From an uncultured Prevotella sp. (GTDB taxonomy: Bacteria; Bacteroidota; Bacteroidia; Bacteroidales; Bacteroidaceae), in contig CALUGX010000127.1 in NCBI GenBank assembly GCA_944320285.1, positions 14,941 through 78,940 of the forward strand: DNA of 64,000 nt. Reading direction: 5' to 3'. The stretch's first letter is position 1. Each line of letters opens with the position of its first letter. A program made the position numbers and the translations under genes. Below, in pieces: positions 38,757 through 47,768 of the stretch. Below the pieces are notes generated by a model, which was not told the origin of the DNA, did no database searches, and saw nothing but the letters and a program-made list of their open reading frames with translations.

Positions 38757-39998
38757 TTATCTATTCTTATGCGCAATATACCATTTCCTTGTAAACACAG
38801 CATACATCAATAATGAAGCAAACGAAAGTCCCAAAGCAAGCCTTGCCGTATAACCATCATAACAAGGCTGCATAAAAGAAGCGATAAATACTCCGGAATA
38901 AAGCCCAAACTCCCATGACAGGAAGAACGTACTCTGAGCCGTACCACGCCTGCAATGCGGGCTCAGCGTAATGAACAACGCCAAAAAACGCGTCCCTGTC
39001 AACCCAGCACCGCAACCCAATACCAACGGCATACATAATGTGGCGAACGTTCCACCAAGAAATAACATTAAGACTGAGATAAGAACAAGGAACACACCCG
39101 ACATAGCCACCACAGAAGCTCCGGCATTAAGAAGCACAGTACGCTCAACTATCAAAGCAAGCAAAAGTCCAAAGGTGAGGAAAACAAAAAACTCTATCGT
39201 GCTGCCAACAAATAGGAGCATACCGACGGATGCCATGACAACCGCCAGATTGACAAAAAGCCACTTGCCCTGCGTAAGGAAAAAGCGGTCGGTAGATATA
39301 TGGGGCACAATGTCTTCAGGAGCCTTGAACGGGAACTTAACAGACATGACAAGTGCTGCTGCAACAACACACAACGCCGCCGAAACCAACGTGACAGCCC
39401 TGAAAGCGAACCCCACGGCGTCAACATAACCACTCCCACCGGCGTCAATACCCACCGCTGCGACAAAACGCTCCCTATACCTGAACAAAGCCATTGCCAG
39501 CATAGGGCCGAACGCCAACGCAAAACGTGCCAACCAAGCCGCTGTCTGGTTGGCAACCGTTCGCCGGGGCGACAGGCAAGTATCTATCACCAATGTACTT
39601 GACAACACCATTTGAGCCAAGCCGAACACTGCGCCTTGCACAAAACGCACGGCAAACAGAACGAGCCATCCCGCTCCACCGTCAGCAGAAGCAAAAATGC
39701 GCAGCCTCAACCCTATGGGAGTTTCAACTGTCACAGTAAGATAAAACAAAGCGTATGAACACAACGCCAGTGCAATCAATGACGCTATGCAAACCATGTT
39801 GCGCCTGTAATGCTGCACAAGAAAAGAGCTGAAACAGCCTAATGCAAAAACACCTACACCTGGCACAGCCGCAACAGCTGCCACTTGAACGGGCGAATAT
39901 GAAGGTGCTACACATTCCAGCAACATCGGCAGCAACGGCAGTTGTGCATACATTGCAACGGTGACCAGCAGGCACGAAACAAGCAACTTGTAATTCAT
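38757..39998 (-). CDS. MFS-type transporter
   Basis: About 12 hydrophobic segments, RFVQGAVFG and RRGTAQSTF...EFG MFS-like motifs. Confidence 0.8.
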   Translation of the reverse strand: MNYKLLVSCLLVTVAMYAQLPLLPMLLECVAPSYSPVQVAAVAAVPGVGVFALGCFSSFLVQHYRRNMVCIASLIALALCSYALFYLTVTVETPIGLRLRIFASADGGAGWLVLFAVRFVQGAVFGLAQMVLSSTLVIDTCLSPRRTVANQTAAWLARFALAFGPMLAMALFRYRERFVAAVGIDAGGSGYVDAVGFAFRAVTLVSAALCVVAAALVMSVKFPFKAPEDIVPHISTDRFFLTQGKWLFVNLAVVMASVGMLLFVGSTIEFFVFLTFGLLLALIVERTVLLNAGASVVAMSGVFLVLISVLMLFLGGTFATLCMPLVLGCGAGLTGTRFLALFITLSPHCRRGTAQSTFFLSWEFGLYSGVFIASFMQPCYDGYTARLALGLSFASLLMYAVFTRKWYIAHKNR

Positions 39999-40105
39999 AA
40001 AACGATTTTAGAAGTTAAGAATTAAGAAAATATCTAGGTCATGTGAATTTCACTACGACAGAAAAACATATTTTCCTAATCCTTAACTCTCAATTCTTAG
40101 ATATT

Positions 40106-40927
40106 TTAATAAGATTCGCTTTCGTTGGGGAATGTATTATCCTTCACATCGGCAACATATCGCCCTATTGCGTCTGTCATCACAGTGTTAAGGTCGGCAT
40201 AACGGCGTAAGAAACGCGGGCTGAATCCCTTGGTCATACCGAGCATATCTCCCACTACGAGTATCTGTCCGTCCGTGCCGCCACCCGCACCGATGCCTAT
40301 CGTAGGCACGCTAAGCTCCTTTGTAACTTCGGCGGCAAGTTTTGCCGGAACTTTCTCCAACACAACGCTGAAGCACCCAGTCTCGTCCAGCAAGCGTGCG
40401 TCGGCCATCAACTTCTCAGCCTCAGCTTCTTCCTTGGCGCGCACGGCGTAAGTGCCGAACTTATTGATACTCTGCGGCGTCAACCCAAGATGCCCCATCA
40501 CGGGGATACCTGCGTCGAGGATACCTTTCACGGTGTCTATTATCTCAGCGCCTCCCTCAAGTTTCAAGGCGTCACATCCGCTCTCTTTCATTATCTTCAC
40601 GGCATTCTTAACACCTTCCTTGCGGTCTACCTGGTAACTGCCGAAAGGCATATCACATACCACGAGTGCACGCTTTACGCCATTCACCACGGCCTTGGCA
40701 TGGTAAATCATTTGTTCCACAGTCATGGGCAGCGTGGTTGTGTTGCCTACCATCACGTTTGATGCAGAGTCTCCTATTAAGATGCCATCCACACCGGCAC
40801 AGTCTACAATGCCCGCCGTGGTAAAATCGTATGATGTAAGCATTGAAATCTTTTCGCCTCGTTGTTTCATCTCTATGAAACGGTGAGTTGTAACTTTCCT
40901 TGTGTCACTAACTAAATATCCAGACAT
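40106..40927 (-). CDS. panB: 3-methyl-2-oxobutanoate hydroxymethyltransferase
   Basis: [35 protein letters not shown] and IGIGAG motifs. Confidence 0.97.
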   Translation of the reverse strand: MSGYLVSDTRKVTTHRFIEMKQRGEKISMLTSYDFTTAGIVDCAGVDGILIGDSASNVMVGNTTTLPMTVEQMIYHAKAVVNGVKRALVVCDMPFGSYQVDRKEGVKNAVKIMKESGCDALKLEGGAEIIDTVKGILDAGIPVMGHLGLTPQSINKFGTYAVRAKEEAEAEKLMADARLLDETGCFSVVLEKVPAKLAAEVTKELSVPTIGIGAGGGTDGQILVVGDMLGMTKGFSPRFLRRYADLNTVMTDAIGRYVADVKDNTFPNESESY

Positions 40928-40996
40928 TTTTTTCGTTTTAAAATTCAATCCATAAACAGAAAAACAGTCGTTACCGCTCCCATTATGAATTGTGAA

Positions 40997-41614
40997 TTAC
41001 AAAAAATCTTTTATCACCTTGTCACAATATGGTCTGATGTCCTCCTCTGCGTTGGTCGTAGCCAGCCCTACAACAGTCATTCCGGCCGCACGCCCTGCAC
41101 GCAAACCATTGAAACTGTCCTCAAACACTACACACTCTCTCGGCTCAAGACCGAACAGCGCAGCACCTTTCAGGTAACAATCCGGATCCGGTTTGCTGCG
41201 CTCAAAGTCCTCAGCCGTAAGTATGGCGTCAAACAGTTGTCTAAATTCGTCATGAGCTGCATATACGGCTTCCATCTTTACCTTGTTTGAACTCGTCACC
41301 ACAGCTGTCTTCACGCCACCGACCCGCAGCCTTGTAATAAAATCAAGAAAACCAGGCACATACTCAAACTTCATGCTACGCTCAAACTCATCAAGCCGAG
41401 CCACAATCTTCGCCTGTTCCTCTTCCATACCTGCGAAATATTTGTCGAAAATTTGCACCAGCGTTTGCCCTTTAATCTTATTCTCAAGCCCAGGTTCTTC
41501 GGGGTGATAGAACCGGCATTGGTTACCCCAGAATACGGAATACTGGCTCTCGGTGTCGAACACGACCCCGTCCAAATCAAACAAGGCCGCACGTATATTA
41601 TCTTCTAATACCAT
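40997..41614 (-). CDS. HAD-family phosphatase (beta-PGM-like)
   Basis: FDLDGV, VTSS, KPDPD and FEDS motifs. Confidence 0.9.
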   Translation of the reverse strand: MVLEDNIRAALFDLDGVVFDTESQYSVFWGNQCRFYHPEEPGLENKIKGQTLVQIFDKYFAGMEEEQAKIVARLDEFERSMKFEYVPGFLDFITRLRVGGVKTAVVTSSNKVKMEAVYAAHDEFRQLFDAILTAEDFERSKPDPDCYLKGAALFGLEPRECVVFEDSFNGLRAGRAAGMTVVGLATTNAEEDIRPYCDKVIKDFL

Positions 41615-41999
41615 ATTATAATATTGTCAATGCCCATGAACGGCGGTGCAAAATTAATCATTTTGTTCAACATAACGTAACTTACCGTAAGTTTTCCATC
41701 ATTTCCCGCTATTTTTTTAATTGGAATAAAAAATCAAATTTCATCTAAAACAGTTGTTTGGGTAGCAAAATGTCATTAAAAAATATCGGTAAAAAATCAT
41801 TGAAACAGGCTTTTTCTGATGTGTCTTGGCTGTCATGCGTACCGTTTGATAGCTTATTATGGTGCGTAAGAAGCCTTTTATGTTGCAAAAGGATACGTTT
41901 TACACTGCGATTGATGTTTTTTGCCAAACTTTTCGATGTATATAAAACCCTTAATCATTGTCTTTAAAATACTAAAGAACGTATCCGCAACCAGAGACC

Positions 42000-42040
42000 T
42001 CTGCAAAACTTCCTCGCTTTCTATGAGGAAGTTTTGCAGA
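42000..42040. repeat. 16-bp perfect inverted repeat in a long intergenic region
   Basis: TCTGCAAAACTTCCTC-N9-GAGGAAGTTTTGCAGA. Confidence 0.85.
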
Positions 42041-42159
42041 AGTCTCAATATATGGAATAATTCTGTTACCTATTGGCGATTTATTTGCGCCTCGTCATGG
42101 AGACTGCTTACGGTTTGTTACATTTTAATGGTTTTTATTTACTGTTTTCATTTGCTTTC

Positions 42160-42260
42160 GACAAGTTTGCAAGAGGCATCCTTTTACCATGTGAAAGATA
42201 GTCTTTCAAAAGATGAAAGGCCATATCTTGCAGACTGAAAGGACGCTGTTTGAAAATGTA
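42160..42260. repeat. Degenerate 22-bp-period array
   Basis: GAAAG at 42193, 42215, 42237. Confidence 0.6.
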
Positions 42261-42411
42261 ACTATCACCGTGCCTCTCAAAATAATTCCGCCAACGGGTA
42301 TTCTATTGGACATTGTACGTTAACATTTTGACACGGTTTTAAAGGGATGAAATAAGTTTAAATCACTTCATTACTTTTATTCAGTGTTCATTTTTTATTC
42401 ATGACTTATTC

Positions 42412-43029
42412 TTATTTCATCCCCTCATCGTGAAGATGCGGTAAAGATATGTGATATTTTACGGCCATCAGACGCACAACAACAACAACCAAGAAACTGA
42501 TTATTACAGTAACTTCAACGTTCGCATCCAATACATGACAAACGTAATAAGCCAAACCACCGACAATGCAAGCTATGGCGTAAATCTCCTTTCGGAAAAT
42601 CAGGGGCACCTCGTTTATTAACACATCACGGATCACTCCGCCCGCAGCTCCGGTAATACAACCCATTATTATGGCCACCCAGAACGGGAAACCTTCATAC
42701 AGCGTCTTCTGCAATCCGGCAACTGTGAATAATGCCAAGCCGAGAGTATCGAACAAGAACCATGTGTTCGTAAATTTCACTATAAGTTTCTTGAATGCTA
42801 TCACAGTCAGTAAGGCGGCAGCCGTACAAATCATATACACAGAGTTAGTCATCCAAAACGGTGTAACGCCAAGCATGACATCCCTTATTGTTCCACCGCC
42901 AATAGCCGTAGCCAACCCGACAACGTAACCGCCAAACCAATCAAAATCCTTTGACGCAGCCCAGCGGATTCCGGAAATTGCGAAAGCGAATGTACCAAGA
43001 AACTCGATAACAAGCTGTATCGTCTCCAT
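42412..43029 (-). CDS. TRIC/UPF0126 family membrane protein
   Basis: Duplicated G..AFA.SG / TAIGGGTIRD and DTLGLALF / TGAAGGVIRD motifs. Confidence 0.92.
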   Translation of the reverse strand: METIQLVIEFLGTFAFAISGIRWAASKDFDWFGGYVVGLATAIGGGTIRDVMLGVTPFWMTNSVYMICTAAALLTVIAFKKLIVKFTNTWFLFDTLGLALFTVAGLQKTLYEGFPFWVAIIMGCITGAAGGVIRDVLINEVPLIFRKEIYAIACIVGGLAYYVCHVLDANVEVTVIISFLVVVVVRLMAVKYHISLPHLHDEGMK

Positions 43030-43982
43030 CAGCTTACCACATTTTCAGGTGAGCCGCAGGCAAAGGCCTTGACATTAGCAGCAGCCACGGCAATAAGACG
43101 TTTACGGGCTGCTGTCGTTGCCCATGCTATATGCGGTGTGATGTATACGTTCGGAACGGCAAACAGGGGGTTGTCTGCCAATGGTGGTTCATCCAGCATT
43201 ACGTCAGCTCCATATCCTCCAAGCTGTCCGGTTTCAAGGGCAGCAGCAATGTCGTTCTCGTTGACAAGTCCGCCACGCCCGGTGTTCACCAGCAACGCCC
43301 CCGGTTTCATGCGCCCGATTGTAGTCTTGTTTATCATTTCGTGCGTTTTGGCCGTAAGCGGACAATGAAGCGTCAATATGTCACTAATGCCAAGCAAACC
43401 ATTAAATGTAGTTTTCTGTATCCCCGCCGGAAGGTCGGCTGAGTTTTTGCTTGTACAAGCGAATACATCCATGCCAAATTCACGGGCTATGCAAGCGACT
43501 TTATAGCCAATATTACCCAAGCCTACAACTCCAAGCGTGCGCCCCGCCAGTTCGTCAAGAGGTGTATCCCAATAACAAAAGTCCGCAGCCCCACTCCATT
43601 TACCATCACGATTCTCACGGGCGTAATGCTCTACGCGGTTAGTCATGTTGAGAATATGGGCAAAAGTCATTTGTACCACACTATTTGTACTATATGCTGG
43701 CACATTAGTTACCACGACGCCTCGCGTCCTTGCTGCGTCGATGTCAACAACATTGTAGCCCGTGGCCAGAACTCCGACATATTTCAGTTTTGTAAGGTTT
43801 GACAAGACATCTTCTGTAATTAAAACTTTGTTCGTCAATATTACGTCAGCGTCTTGTGCCCTTAGCACCACATCACCGGCCTCGGTACGGTCGTAAACAG
43901 TCACCTCCCCACATTCTTCAAGCGCGTGCCATGACAAGTCGCCAGGATTCACGCTGTAGCCATCCAATACAACAATCTTCAT
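43029..43982 (-). CDS. D-2-hydroxyacid dehydrogenase (glycerate dehydrogenase/HprA-like)
   Basis: GLGNIG, LHCPL, NTGRG, DV and ITPHIAW motifs. Confidence 0.92.
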   Translation of the reverse strand: MKIVVLDGYSVNPGDLSWHALEECGEVTVYDRTEAGDVVLRAQDADVILTNKVLITEDVLSNLTKLKYVGVLATGYNVVDIDAARTRGVVVTNVPAYSTNSVVQMTFAHILNMTNRVEHYARENRDGKWSGAADFCYWDTPLDELAGRTLGVVGLGNIGYKVACIAREFGMDVFACTSKNSADLPAGIQKTTFNGLLGISDILTLHCPLTAKTHEMINKTTIGRMKPGALLVNTGRGGLVNENDIAAALETGQLGGYGADVMLDEPPLADNPLFAVPNVYITPHIAWATTAARKRLIAVAAANVKAFACGSPENVVS

Positions 43983-44055
43983 AGATTTAAAAATATTTAT
44001 AAGTTAGGAAATTATAATTATAGAAGAAAACCAGCATCTTCTGTTTACTTTTAAT

Positions 44056-45330
44056 TCACTTTTCATACCTTTTTCCCCAGCAAGTCAGCATTCGTTGATA
44101 TAACTTCTCTTCGGCAGGCGAATGCTGTGCGCGCCATATACGTTCCTCTTTCAGGGCGTCAGGAAGATACTGCTGCTGAACAAAATTGTCAGGATAATCA
44201 TGGGCGTACTTGTAACCATCATGATACCCTAAGTCAACCATCAGTTTTGTCGGTGCGTTGCGCAGGTGCAAAGGTACAGGCTGGTTGCCGGTTTTTCTCA
44301 CTAAGGCCAACGCTTCGGCTATGCCGTTATACGCAGAATTACTCTTTGCGCTTGTCGCCAAGTAGACCGTTGCTTCTGCCAGTGGTATGCGTCCTTCGGG
44401 CCATCCTATCTTACTAACAGCGTCAAACGCAGCATTGGCAAGCAACAAAGCGTTAGGGTTTGCCAATCCCACGTCTTCAGCGGCACTTATAACCAACCGT
44501 CTTGCTATGAACTTCGGGTCTTCTCCTCCCTCAATCATTCTTGCCAGCCAATACAATGCTGCGTCAGGGTCGGAGCCCCTAATGCTCTTTATGAATGCTG
44601 AAACTATGTCATAATGCATTTCCCCATCTTTGTCGTAAGCCAACGGGGTCTGCTGCAAGCATTCCTCCACCGCCTCGTCTGTTATCTCCACAGGCCCACC
44701 GTCAACCGCGTTCACCACAAGTTCAAGCGTATTTAGCAACTTGCGAGCGTCACCACCACTATATCTCAACAGTGCTCCAGTCTCTTTCAAGCGTATGTCG
44801 AGTTTTTTCAACTCAACGTCCTGTGTTACAGCACGATGCAACAATCCAAGCAAATCATCTTTGTCTAACGGTTTAAGTACATACAACTGACAACGCGACA
44901 ACAACGGTCTTATCACCTCAAACGATGGATTCTCCGTCGTTGCACCGATAAGTGTTACGACACCTTGTTCCACAGCCGCCAAGAGAGAGTCTTGCTGGCT
45001 TTTGCTGAAACGGTGAATTTCGTCGATGAATAATATAGGTGCATTGCTGTTAAAGAAACCTGAACGTTTGGCCTTGTCGATAACTTCTCTTACGTCTTTC
45101 ACACCGCTTGAAACTGCACTTAACGTATAAAACGGCACTTTCAATTCGTTAGCTACAATCAATGCCAACGTAGTCTTGCCGACACCCGGAGGACCCCATA
45201 ATATAAATGACACCACCCTGCCAGACATTATCATGCTGCGCAAGACGGAACCTTCGCCCACAAGATGCTTTTGCCCAACATATTCGTCGAGTGTTGCGGG
45301 CCGTAACCTTTCAGCCAACGGTTTAACCAT
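44056..45330 (-). CDS. rarA: Replication-associated recombination protein A (MgsA/RarA)
   Basis: PLAERLRP, WGPPGVGKTT, DEIHRF, ATTENPSF, SAFIKSIRGSDPDAA and HLRNAPT motifs. Confidence 0.96.
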   Translation of the reverse strand: MVKPLAERLRPATLDEYVGQKHLVGEGSVLRSMIMSGRVVSFILWGPPGVGKTTLALIVANELKVPFYTLSAVSSGVKDVREVIDKAKRSGFFNSNAPILFIDEIHRFSKSQQDSLLAAVEQGVVTLIGATTENPSFEVIRPLLSRCQLYVLKPLDKDDLLGLLHRAVTQDVELKKLDIRLKETGALLRYSGGDARKLLNTLELVVNAVDGGPVEITDEAVEECLQQTPLAYDKDGEMHYDIVSAFIKSIRGSDPDAALYWLARMIEGGEDPKFIARRLVISAAEDVGLANPNALLLANAAFDAVSKIGWPEGRIPLAEATVYLATSAKSNSAYNGIAEALALVRKTGNQPVPLHLRNAPTKLMVDLGYHDGYKYAHDYPDNFVQQQYLPDALKEERIWRAQHSPAEEKLYQRMLTCWGKRYEK

Positions 45331-45452
45331 AATGATATTGCAAAATTAAGAAATATATCGTATTACACAAAAATTATCACTCAAAAACTTGTCGTTAACA
45401 GATAATGTATTACTTTTGCAACACCCATATCTAAACCACATCATTGCAAGGC

Positions 45453-46220
45453 ATGAAAATAACCATACTACAGATGGACATCAAATGGGCACGCCCGTTG
45501 GACAACATCACCGAGGCCGAAGCCATGATAGCCACCGCCCCGCAAACGGATCTTTATGTTCTTCCTGAGATGTGGGCCACTGGGTTTGCCGCCACCAGTC
45601 CGGCTATGGCCTGCCACGAAGCCCCACTGCAATGGATGCAGCGGACAGCTAACAATCTTGGTGCAGCCGTCTGTGGAGGCATCGTTGTGAGAGAGACAGA
45701 TGGAACATTCCGCAACAGACTCTGCTTCGTGTCACCATGCGGGCACATAACACATTACGACAAGCGACACCTGTTCACCTACGGCGGCGAACATCTGCAT
45801 TACACCCCTGGCAGCCGTCGTGTAATAGCCACGTACGGCGGGCTCAGGTTCCTGCTGCTAATGTGCTACGATCTGCGCTTCCCTGTATGGGCACGTTACC
45901 GTGGCGACTACGACGCAATCATCATCGCCGCAAACTGGCCCGAAAGTCGCCAAGGCGCATGGCGGACATTGCTACGGGCGAGAGCAATTGAAAACCAATG
46001 TTATGTAATCGGAGCCAATCGTACAGGAAGCGACCCTGTCTGCAAATATGCTGGGCAAAGTGCCATAATTGATCCAAAGGGTGATACGTTGGCCGAAGCA
46101 GAAGGCCCATCACAACAATGTCTCACGGCCGACATCAGTGCAGAATGCTTACTGGTGGCAAGGAAGAAGTTTCCTGTACTCAAAGATCGTGATACCATAA
46201 GTAATAGTAATATAGAATAA
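45453..46220 (+). CDS. Nitrilase-family amidohydrolase (YafV/omega-amidase-like)
   Basis: LPEM, YDKRHLF, CYDLRFP and ANWP catalytic-triad motifs. Confidence 0.92.
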   Translation: MKITILQMDIKWARPLDNITEAEAMIATAPQTDLYVLPEMWATGFAATSPAMACHEAPLQWMQRTANNLGAAVCGGIVVRETDGTFRNRLCFVSPCGHITHYDKRHLFTYGGEHLHYTPGSRRVIATYGGLRFLLLMCYDLRFPVWARYRGDYDAIIIAANWPESRQGAWRTLLRARAIENQCYVIGANRTGSDPVCKYAGQSAIIDPKGDTLAEAEGPSQQCLTADISAECLLVARKKFPVLKDRDTISNSNIE

Positions 46221-46342
46221 TAAGGTTATACGTTTTTTACAGTTATGCAATCTTTTTTTTTGGGGGGGGATATGTCGAATGGCGCCACCTCGCAATCGTA
46301 AGAGCACATAGCCATAACACTGAAACATAATAAACAGGATAT

Positions 46343-47143
46343 ATGAAAATCAACGACAAAAAATCACTCACGCTAAAAACGCTCAACAAGAGCAACGTCT
46401 GGGATTTGCAGGAGAGCGACATCCTAAGAATGCTTGAAGCTGCCGGCAAGGACGCCGATGCAAAAGACAATATTCGGCATTACACCGATATTATAAAGAG
46501 CGCATTCGAAGTTGAAACGCTCACGGCTGATCGTCCCGAAATAGTGAATAAATACGAAGACCGTGGCTTTACGACCGGCACAATGCGTACAGCCGAAGGC
46601 CACGAGGCACACATAGCGTTGAAGAAACGCCCGATAATGCGCGTAACAGACTTGACATACGAAAACATACGGCACATCACGGCTGAAAAGCTCGTGGAAG
46701 TACTGGATCGCAACTTCGGCGGAGGATGGGAATCACTCTCACAGAGCATACAAGACATCATCTTGACCGGCTTTGACATTAGCACCACCACACTGCCCAA
46801 GGATCGCTTGCACAAACCTGGAGGAATGTATGAGAAGAAGTTGGCCGACGGTTACGCAGTACTTGAAATAGCCAAGGGAGCATGGACGGAGGCCATCTTC
46901 GCCAAACTAAAGCCTGAAACAGAAAAGCCGCACATCAAGTATACCGATGACGACACTCGTAAATATGATGGTGACGAAGAGGAAGAAGACCTACCTGAAG
47001 AACGCGACACTTACGGAGATGAAGAAGAAGACGACTTCGACGACGACAAGTTAACCGAAGAAAGCTATCGCACCACTATTGAGGAAAATCCTGAAGACCT
47101 TGACCTCGCAGCCGAAGATGTTGCCGAGGACGATGACTATTAA
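46343..47143 (+). CDS. Hypothetical protein with a long acidic C-terminal tail
   Basis: 266-aa ORF with normal coding character; D/E-rich last ~65 aa. Confidence 0.85.
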   Translation: MKINDKKSLTLKTLNKSNVWDLQESDILRMLEAAGKDADAKDNIRHYTDIIKSAFEVETLTADRPEIVNKYEDRGFTTGTMRTAEGHEAHIALKKRPIMRVTDLTYENIRHITAEKLVEVLDRNFGGGWESLSQSIQDIILTGFDISTTTLPKDRLHKPGGMYEKKLADGYAVLEIAKGAWTEAIFAKLKPETEKPHIKYTDDDTRKYDGDEEEEDLPEERDTYGDEEEDDFDDDKLTEESYRTTIEENPEDLDLAAEDVAEDDDY

Positions 47144-47195
47144 CGACAACACTGTCGCCGACATACGGCGTAAACATTCAAACACACGATTTTTC

Positions 47196-47243
47196 AACCG
47201 TTGCCCGCAGGGAGAGACTCCAGCCCGGCAGACAACGGTTTTC
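47196..47243 (+). terminator. Terminator-like hairpin
   Basis: AACCGTTG / CAACGGTT stem with an inner GGAG-AGA-CTCC hairpin and a T tract. Confidence 0.5.
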
Positions 47244-47639
47244 TCATTAAGCCATTACGTATGCGGATTGAACACGCGTATAACCGAGTTGCTCAGTTGT
47301 ATCAAGTCATTTTCAACATACTGAAACAAAAATTTGTATTGATTGTCAATCTCAATACATAACCGATTTCCATTACCATCCGTTTTGCCATAATAATTTT
47401 ATTATTTAATTAAACCGGATTTATCCTAATATTAGGGCAACCGGATTTATTTGATTCTATGACAAACCACCATTTTTTACAGCCATAAATATTTATGACA
47501 AAAGCGAATTTACAAAACATTAACACACAAGTATTAATGGCAATTAGTTTAGGATACTTATATAGAAAAACAAGGCGTAGGCAATAAAATAAGGAGATCT
47601 ATATAATAGGAACATCTGAAAGCGATAAAATAAAATGGC

Positions 47640-47670
47640 GACAAGCTGCTTGATATTCAAGCAGCTTGTC
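47640..47670. terminator. Perfect 14-bp hairpin, probable terminator
   Basis: GACAAGCTGCTTGA-TAT-TCAAGCAGCTTGTC. Confidence 0.75.
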
Positions 47671-47768
47671 AATATGCCATAAACGGCATTGCGAAAGAAC
47701 ACAATTCGCAGTGCAAACTGTGCCCTTTTACAATGGTAAAAAGTACCTTACTGTTATTCTGGTAGTCA

